A stretch of DNA of 64,000 nucleotides from an uncultured Candidatus Binatia bacterium (lineage in GTDB: Bacteria; Desulfobacterota; Binatia; UBA9968; JAJDTQ01): positions 2,336,001-2,400,000 of the forward strand of contig OZ219754.1 of the NCBI GenBank assembly GCA_964291295.2, in the 5' to 3' direction. The notes beneath the pieces were generated by a model. The model saw nothing but the letters and a program-made list of their open reading frames with translations. It was not told the DNA's origin and did no database searches. Positions 34,201 through 43,200 of this stretch are shown here, piece after piece. The stretch's first letter is position 1; every line of letters begins with the position of its first letter. A program made the position numbers and the translations under genes.

Positions 34201-37200
34201 CGCAGGAAGCTGGCCGGCGCGAGCGCCTGGGGCGCGGCGATGGACGTGTCCGGTTCCGATGCGGAGACGACGAGCGTGGTGGTGACGGGCCTGACGAACA
34301 GTTCCGCCTATCACTTCCAGGTGCGCGCGTTCGGTACCGTGGGCGGCCACTGGTCGCCGCGGGTGTCGGCGACGCCGCTTACGCCGCCCGGGGCTCCGCA
34401 GGGCCTGGCAACGAGTGACGGCGACAGTCAGGTGGCGTTGCGGTGGCGTGATCAGGGGGATACGACGATCACCGGCTGGGAGTACCGTCTGAAGCCGGAT
34501 GGGGGCGCATACGGCGATTGGACGGCGATCGACGGTTCCGGCGCGGGGACGACGAGCCACACGGTGACGGGTCTTGTGAACGGCACGGAGTACACGTTCC
34601 AGGTTCGGGCGGAGAACGCCGGCGGCAAGGGTGCGTCGTCGGAGGTGACGGCGACGCCGGTACGGGGTCCGCCCGAGGCGCCGACGGGTTTCACGGCGAC
34701 GTCGGGCGACGGTCGGGTGACGCTGTCGTGGGACAGTTCGGATGACGACCGCATCCGCCGCTGGAACTACCGTCAGAAGGCGGGCGCCGGCGCGTACGGC
34801 AGATGGAGAGCCGTTCCGGGCGACGCGGGGACGACGAGCCACACGGTGACGGGTCTTGTGAACGCTACGAAGTACACGTTCCAGGTTCGGGCGGAGACCC
34901 TGGGTGAGTTCGGCAAGCCTGCCGCCGGGATCACGGCGACGCCGACGGCGACAACGACAGCGGTGTCGCTGAGCATCGCGGATGCGACGGCGGCGGAGGC
35001 TGCGGGGACGATGTCGTTCACGGTGACGGCGACTCCGGCGCCGAGTTCGCTGATCACGTTCCGGTACACGGTGACGGCGGAGAGCGGGGACACGGCGACT
35101 GCGGGTACGGACTTCACCGGGGTGTCGACGGCGACCGAGGCGACGATCGCGGCGTCGGCGACCAGCGCGACGATCACGGTGTCGGTGACGGACGATGTTT
35201 TGGTGGAGGGCGACGAGACGTTCACGGTGACGCTGTCGTCGCCGTCCTCCGGAGTGACGATTTCCGATGCGACGGCGACGGGCACGATCACCGACGACGA
35301 CTCGCTGCCGTCGGCGCCGTCGGGTCTGGATGCGACGGGCGGCAACGCCGAGGTGGCGTTGTCGTGGGACGATCCGGAGGACGCTTCGATCACGGGTTAC
35401 GAGCTGCAGCAGAAGGAGGGGAGCGCCGCCTGGGGTTCATGGGCGGCGATTGCCGATTCGGACGCGGAGACGACGGACCACACGGTGTCGGGTCTGGAGA
35501 ACGGCAGCGCGTACAGTTTCCGCATCCGTGCGGTGAACCCCAGCGGCAGCGGCGCGCAGTCGTCGGTGGTGACGGCGACGCCGCAGGCGAATCCTGCGAA
35601 GCCGGTGGTGACGGCGACGGCTGGCGACGGGCAGGTGACGCTGGGCTGGCAGTTGCAGCCGGGGATAGCGATCGCGACCTGGACGTACCAGTACAGCAGC
35701 GACGGGGGTTCGACGTGGAGCGCGTCGCAGACGGTGACGGGCGCGAGCGCGACGAGCACGGTGGTGACGGGTCTGGAGAACGACACGGAGTACACGTTCC
35801 GGATGTTCGCGGCGGTGGGTCCGGGGGTGCAGTCGGCGTGGTCGGACTTCGTGACGGCGACGCCGCAGCCGCCGGCGCCGGCCGCGCCGACGAACTTCAG
35901 TGCGAGTCCCGGCAACGCCCGGGTGGAGTTGACGTGGGACGATCCGGAAGACGCGAGCATCAGCGTCTGGCAGTTGCGCTACGGCAAGCAGGGTGAGACC
36001 TGGGGTTCGTGGACACCGATCTCGGGTTCGGACGCGAGCACGACGAGTCACACGGTGACGAGTCTGGACAACGGCAGCACGTACCGTTTCCGTATCCGCG
36101 CGAAGAACAGCGGCGGCGTGGGTGTGCCGTCGCCGGTGGTGACGGCGACGCCCCTGGTGCTGGTGAAGCCGGTGGTGACGGCGACGGCGGGCGACGGCCG
36201 GGTGACGCTGAGCTGGCCGGCGCAGCCGGGTTCGGGCGTGACGGCGTGGGGCTACCAGTCGAGCAGCGACGGCGGCACGAGCTGGACGTCGACGCAGACC
36301 GTGACGGGCGGGAGCACGACGAGCACGGTGGTGTCGGGTCTGACGAACGGCACGGAGTACACGTTCCGGATGTTCGCGCGTGCGGGCAGCGCGCAGTCCT
36401 CGTGGTCGGACCACGTGAAGGCGACGCCGATACCGCCGGCTCTGAGCATTGCGGACGTGACGGCGGCGGAGGACGGCACGTTCGCGTTCACGGTGACCGC
36501 GGCGCCGGCGCCCGCCTCGGGGATCAGCTTCAAGTACACGGTGACGGCGGCGAGCGGCGATACCGCGACGGCGGGCGCGGACTTCACGGCAGTGACGACG
36601 GCGACGTCAGCGACGATCGCGGCGAACGCGAGCAGCGCGACGATCACGGTGTCGGTGACGGACGACGCCGTGGACGAGCCGGACGAGACGTTCACGGTGA
36701 CGCTGTCGGAGCCGTCGTCCGGGGTAACGCTCGGCGACGCGACGGCGACGGGCACGATCACCGACAACGACGATCCGCCGGCCTTGTCGATCGCAGCGCC
36801 GGCGGCGGTGACGGAGGGCGATTCGGGCAGCGCGGACATGGTGTTCACGGTGACGCTGGGCGCGACCAGCGGCCGGCAGGTGACGGTGGGTTACGCGGTG
36901 GACAGCGGCGCCTCGACGGCGACCTCGGGCACGGACTTCACCGCCCTGACGGCGGGCACGCTGACCTTTGCCGCGGGCAGTACCGGGGCGGCCCTGGCAA
37001 AGACGGTGACGGTTGCGGTGACCGGCGACGAGTTGGACGAGGCGGACGAGACGGTGGTGCTGAAGCTGAGCGATGCGGTCGGCGCGACGCTGCCGGACCC
37101 GGCCACGGCGAGTGGCACGATCGAGGACGACGACGCTTCGCCGGTGCTGGCGTCGCTGACGGCCCAGACGGTGACGGTGGGCGAGGATGTGGACATCACG

Positions 37201-40200
37201 GCGTCGGCGACGGACGGCGACGGGGACACGGTGACGTACGCGTGGACGCGCAAGGCGGGCGAGACGACGCCGGCGATTCCGAACGGTACGGCGCTGAATG
37301 CGGCGCAGCTCACGTTCACGACGACGGCTCCGGGCACGTACACGATGACGGTGACGGCGTCGGACGGGAACGGCAACACGGACACGAAGGATGTGGTGTT
37401 GACGGTGACGCAGACCGTGGCTGCGGCTCTGACGATTTCGGTGGCGGACGTGAGCGTCATGGAGGGCGACTCCGGCGAGACGGACATGAACTTCACGGTG
37501 ACGTTGAGCGGTTCGCCGAGTCATCAGGTGGAGATTCAGGCGACGGCGTGGGCCAAGGGCTCGGGCGATACGGCCAAGGGAGGCAGGGGGGCTGGCCGGG
37601 ACTTCATCGGTTTCCAGAGACGGAAACTGGTGTTTGCGGCGAACGCGACCGGCGCGGGGCTGAGCAAGACGGTGACGGTGAAGATACTGGGCGACGAGGT
37701 CGAAGAGGACGACGAGACCTTTACGCTGCGGTTGAACGTCCTGCGCACGACCGACAGTCGCGTGGCCTTTGCCGGCGGCGAGACGAGACTCGAAGCGACC
37801 GGTACGATCACGGACGACGACGACACGACTTCCACCGGCCACACCATTTCGGTGGCGAATGCGAGTGTCATGGAGGGCGACTCTCACAAGACGGCCATGA
37901 ACTTCACGGTGACGTTGAGCGGTTCGCCGAGTCATCAGGTCGAGATCAAGGCGACGGCTTGGGCCAAGGATTCGGGCGATGCGGCCAAGGGAGGCTGGGG
38001 GCCTGGCCAGGACTTCATCGGTTTCAGGGATCAGAAGATTGTCTTCGAGGCGAATGCGACCGGCGCGTCCTTGAGCAAGACGGTGGCGGTGCAGGTGCTG
38101 GGCGATGAGGTGGACGAGGACAACGAGACCTTTACGCTGCTGTTGAACAACCTGCGCACGGCCGACAGTCGCGTGGTCTTTGCCGGCGGCGAGGCGAGAC
38201 TCGAAGCGACCGGCACGATCACTGACGATGACGACGCCACGGCGACCGGTCATGAGATTTCGGTGGCGGACGCGGAGGTGGTCGAAGGGGACTCGGGGCG
38301 GACGGCGCTGAACTTCACGGTGACGCTGAGCGGTTCTCCGAGTCACCCGGTTCAGGTGGACGCGGTTGCCCGGGAGGGGACGGCCGAGGCGGGTCCCGGA
38401 AAGGACTTCAGGCATTTTCAGGCGAACCGGAAGGTGGTATTCGCGGCGGACGCGACCGGCGCGGCCCTGAGCCAGACGGTGAGGGTGGATGTTCTGGGCG
38501 ATGAGGCGGATGAGGACAACGAGACCTTTACGCTGCGGTTGAACAACATCCGCACGAATGACCATCGCGTGGTCTTTGCCGGCGGCGGGACGAGACTCGA
38601 AGCGACCGGCACGATCACCGACGACGACGCTTCGCCGGTGCTGGCGTCGCTGACGGCCCAGACGGTGACGGTGGGCGAGGATGTGGACATCACGGCGTCG
38701 GCGACGGACGGCGACGGGGACACGGTGACGTACGCGTGGACGCGCAAGGCGGGCGAGACGACGCCGGCGATTCCGAACGGTACGGCGCTGAATGCGGCGC
38801 AGCTCACGTTCACGACGACGGCTCCGGGCACGTACACGATGACGGTGACGGCGTCGGACGGGAACGGCAACACGGACACGAAGGATGTGGTGTTGACGGT
38901 GACGCAGACCGTGGCTGCGGCTCTGACGATTTCGGTGGCGGACGTGAGTGTCATGGAGGGCGACTCCGGCGAGACGGACATGAACTTCACGGTGACGTTG
39001 AGCGGTTCGCCGAGTCATCAGGTGGAGATTCAGGCGACGGCGTGGGCCAAGGGCTCGGGCGATACGGCGAAGGGAGGCAGGGGGGCTGGCCGGGACTTCA
39101 TCGGTTTCCAGAGACGGAAGCTGGTGTTTGCGGCGAACGCGACCGGCGCGGGGCTGAGCAAGACGGTGACGGTGAAGATACTGGGCGACGAGGTCGAAGA
39201 GGACGACGAGACCTTTACGCTGCGGTTGAACGTCCTGCGCACGACCGACAGTCGCGTGGCCTTTGCCGGCGGCGAGACGAGACTCGAAGCGACCGGTACG
39301 ATCACGGACGACGACGACACGACTTCCACCGGCCACACCATTTCGGTGGCGAATGCGAGTGTCATGGAGGGCGACTCTCACAAGACGGCCATGAACTTCA
39401 CGGTGACGTTGAGCGGTTCGCCGAGTCATCAGGTCGAGATCAAGGCGACGGCTTGGGCCAAGGATTCGGGCGATGCGGCCAAGGGAGGCTGGGGGCCTGG
39501 CCAGGACTTCATCGGTTTCAGGGATCGGAAGATTGTCTTCGAGGCGAATGCGACGGGCGCGTCCTTGAGCAAGACGGTGGCGGTGCAGGTGCTGGGCGAT
39601 GAGGTGGACGAGGACAACGAGACCTTTACGCTGCTGTTGAACAACCTGCGCACGGCCGACAGTCGCGTGGTCTTTGCCGGCGGCGAGGCGAGACTCGAAG
39701 CGACCGGCACGATCACTGACGATGACGACGCCACGGCGACCGGTCATGAGATTTCGGTGGCGGACGCGGAGGTGGTCGAAGGGGACTCGGGGCGGACGGC
39801 GCTGAACTTCACGGTGACGCTGAGCGGTTCTCCGAGTCACCCGGTTCAGGTGGACGCGGTTGCCCGGGAGGGGACGGCCGAGGCGGGTCCCGGAAAGGAC
39901 TTCAGGCATTTTCAGGCGAACCGGAAGGTGGTATTCGCGGCGGATGCGACCGGCGCGGCCCTGAGCCAGACGGTGAGGGTGGATGTTCTGGGCGATGAGG
40001 CGGATGAGGACAACGAGACCTTTACGCTGCGGTTGAACAACATCCGCACGAATGACCATCGCGTGGTCTTTGCCGGCGGCGGGACGAGACTCGAAGCGAC
40101 GGGCACGATCACCGATGACGACACGGCGGGGGTGACGATCACGCCGAGCACTGTGACGGTGGCGGAGGGCGGCAGCAATACCTACACGGTGAAGCTGGAC

Positions 40201-43200
40201 ACGAAGCCCTCGTCGGACGTGACGGTGACAGTGGGCGGCGAATCGGGCGATGTGACGGTGACGGGTTCGCCGTTGACGTTCACGCCGTCGAACTGGAAGA
40301 CCGCGCAGACGGTGACGGTGAATGCGGCTACCGACCTGGACACGACCAACGACAGCGCGACCTTGACGCACGCATCGGCCAGCAGCGACACGAACTACGG
40401 CCCGTCATTGAACATCGACGATGTCGAAGTGACGGTGACCGAGCCGGCGCCGTTGCCGACATTGCAGCTGACGACGGATCCGGCGGCGGTGACGGAGGGA
40501 TCGGCGATCCGTCTGACGGTGACGTCGGACCGCGCGTTGACGGGCAATCTGACGGTGAGCCTGACGCTTTCGGACCGAGGATCGAGCGGTTTCGACGCGG
40601 AGGACATCCCGGGCACGCTGGGTCCGCGGAACTTCACCGCGTCGTTCGGCAACAGTGCCAGCAGGACGGGGACGGTGACGATCCCCACCAGCACGGATTC
40701 GGAAGCGGAGGGTGCGGAGACCTACCGGATCACGCTGAACGACGGGACGGGCTACGCGCTGGGCGTGGACAAGACGGCGGACGGTACGCTGAACGATGGC
40801 GCGGCGCAGTCCACCGCGTTGAGCATTGCGGACGTGACGGCGGCGGAGGACGGGACGTTCACGTTCACGGTGACGGCGTCGCCGGCTTCGTCTTCGGAGG
40901 TGACGTTCAAGTACACGGTGACGGCGGCGAGCGGGGACACGGCGACGGCGGGGGCGGACTTCACGGCGGTGACGACGGCTGTGGCAAAGACGATTGCGGC
41001 GAATGCGACGAGCACGACGATCACGGTGGCGGTGACGGACGACGCGCTGGACGAGGGTGACGAGACGTTCACGGTGACGCTGTCGGAGCCGTCGTCGGGG
41101 GTGACGCTCTCGGACGCGACGGGGACGGGGACGATCACGGATGACGACCCGTTGCCGGGTCTGTCGGTTGGGGCGCCGGGGGCGGTGACGGAGGGGGATT
41201 CGGGGAGTACGGACATGGTGTTCACGGTGACGCTGGGTGCGACCAGCGGTCGGGCGGTGACGGTGGACTACGCGGTGGACGGCACGTCGACGGCGGCATC
41301 GGGGACGGATTTCACGGCCTTGGCGGGAGGGACGCTGACCTTTGCGGCGGGCAGCACGGGGGCGGCCCTGGCGCAGACGGTGACGGTGGCGGTGAGGGGG
41401 GATGAGTTGGACGAGGCGGACGAGACGGTGGTGCTGAAGCTGTCGAACGCGGGCAACGCGAGCATCACGAGGGCGACGGCGAGCGGCACGATCACGGACG
41501 ACGACGCTTCGCCGGTGCTGGCGTCGCTGACGGCGCAGACGGTGGCGGTGGGCGAGGACGTGGACGTGACGGCCGTGGCGACGGACGGCGACAACGACAC
41601 GATCAGCTACTCGTGGGAGCGCAAGGCGGGGGAGACGTTGCCGGCGCTACCCGGGGGCACGGGGCTGAACGCGGCGCGTCTGACGTTCACGACGGCGGCG
41701 GCGGGCACGTACACGATGACGGTGACGGCATCGGACGGGAAGGGGAACGAGGACACGGCGACGGTGACGATCACGGTGACGCCGGCCCCGGGGGTGACGG
41801 TGATTCTCAGAGCCAAGGGGGGCGATGGCACGATCGAGCTGACGTGGGTCTATACCGGTCCGACCCAGGGGGCCTCGAAGTGGCAGGTGGAGTACTTCAC
41901 GGGAAGTACGGGGGACGAGTTGCGGGATCTGCCGGGGGGTGTGGCGGCGCGCAGCGCGACGCTTCCCCTTTCGGGGGGGCCGGAGGTTCTCAACGGTCAG
42001 ACGTACAACATCCGGATCGTGCTGTTGCATACGAACGGTACGACCTTGGCGGAGAGCGTGACCAACAATGTGGGCTGGGTGAGGGCGACGCCGAGGGGTT
42101 CGGCGACGCCGCGTGTGGTGGTGACGCCGACGGAGTTGACGGTGAAGGAGGGAGGGGGCAACCATTACACGGTGGTGCTGGCGGGGGTGGCGCCGACGGG
42201 AAGGGTGAGGGTGGAGATCACGTCGGTGGCCCAGGGGCGGGACGACGTGGAAGTGGGCGAGTTGATGTTCGATGCCACGGACTGGGACGATCCGCGGCGG
42301 GTCAGCATATACGGTCGGGTGCTGGATGATGTGGAGGGCTACGAGGTCACGCAGGAACTGGAGGTGAAGGCTCCGGGGACGAACTACGCGGATGTGGAGG
42401 CGGAGGATGTCACGGTGACGGTGGTGGACACGACGGCGACGCTGACGCTGGCGACGGATCCTGCGGCGGTGACGGAGGGGGAGGAGATCAGTCTGGAGAT
42501 CACCTCGGACCGTGCCCTGACGGGAGCGTTGCCGGTGAGTCTGAGCTTTGCGGACCGGGGGAGCAGCGGTTTTGCGGCGGCGGACCTTCCGGGCGGGCTG
42601 GTGCAGACGCGGATGGCGGACTTCGGCGAAGAGGGGGGCACCACGGGCACGGTGACGATACCGACGAACCGGGACGGATTGACCTCGGAGGGAGTGGAGA
42701 CCTACACGGTGACCCTGGGGGATGACAGCACGGAGAACGGCTACAAGCTGGGGAGCGACACCACGGCGGACGGGAGGCTGAACGACGCGGCTTCGGGGAC
42801 GCCGACGACGCCGGGGACGACCAAGGGGGTGACGGTCATCCCGATGGAGCTGACGGCGGCGGAGGGGGGCGGTGCGGGCTTTATGGTGGTGCTGGACGCG
42901 GCGCCGAGTGAGGACGTGACGGTGACGGTGTCGGGGGTGTCGGGGGATGTGACCTTCACCACCGAGGGACAGGGGGACGACGGCGGCAACTGGGGGAGGC
43001 TGACGTTCACGACGGGGAACTGGGAGGTTCCGCAATGGGTGCGGGTGTGGGTGCGGGAGGACGCGGACATGGAGGACGACACGGACGTGGTGCTGACGCT
43101 GACGGCGAGCGGCGGGGGCTACGACGGGGTGAACATCGACAGCGTGACGGTGACGGTGGTGGAGAACGACAAGACGATGTCTCCGGGCGGTGCGGAGGCG

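Noticed and set aside
13516-42100. Diversity-generating retroelement acting on the adhesin
   Set aside because: No reverse transcriptase in the window and no template/variable repeat pair differing specifically at adenines was seen; a DGR acting in trans cannot be excluded.
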